The notes under the pieces were generated by a model. It ran no database searches, was not told the origin of the DNA, and saw only the letters and a program-made list of their open reading frames with translations. A DNA stretch of 64,000 bases from a virus (Duplodnaviria > Caudoviricetes), in the IMG/VR virus record IMGVR_UViG_3300047160_011268, positions 1,710 to 65,709 of that record; one strand, given 5' to 3'. A program made the position numbers and the translations under genes. The first letter of the stretch is position 1; every line of letters starts with the position of its first letter. Shown here one piece after another: positions 63,941 to 64,000 of the stretch.

Positions 63941-64000
63941 CGCTTGTCCTCTTTCGGCTAATCAATAATTGGGACGGGACGGATGACTACTCTTACAAAA

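Noticed and set aside
1-64000. Integrase, rRNA, IS elements, terminal repeats
   Set aside because: None recognised; the genome ends may lie outside the window

Overview
This 64-kb window is essentially a whole tailed-phage (Caudoviricetes) genome, probably podovirus-like. The host is probably an alphaproteobacterium (Hyphomicrobiales-like secreted peptides, CtrA-type boxes); host and morphotype are inferences. Layout: (i) + strand early/replication arm, 1-17.8 kb: small genes, a type II hammerhead ribozyme, a PqqD/ATP-grasp/PLP-decarboxylase cassette, PolA (Leu762), nucleotide-related genes, MT-A70 methylase, SNF2 helicase, primase. (ii) - strand late arm, 58.5 to 18 kb: portal, a ~10-kb island of three collagen-like genes, a sulfotransferase and six sugar-related genes, scaffold, major capsid, adaptors, four more Gly-X-Thr collagen fibre genes, lysis genes, tail nozzle, ejection-type proteins. 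(iii) terS, a LAGLIDADG endonuclease and terL, transcribed away from the portal. (iv) - strand small genes including a CtrA-like winged-helix protein. No integrase, tRNA or CRISPR array was seen. Best leads: a phage-encoded glycosylation/sulfation system for Thr-rich collagen fibres, the RRE + ATP-grasp + decarboxylase cassette, the hammerhead, and a CtrA-like regulatory circuit. All family assignments are by eye from motifs; no database searches were run.
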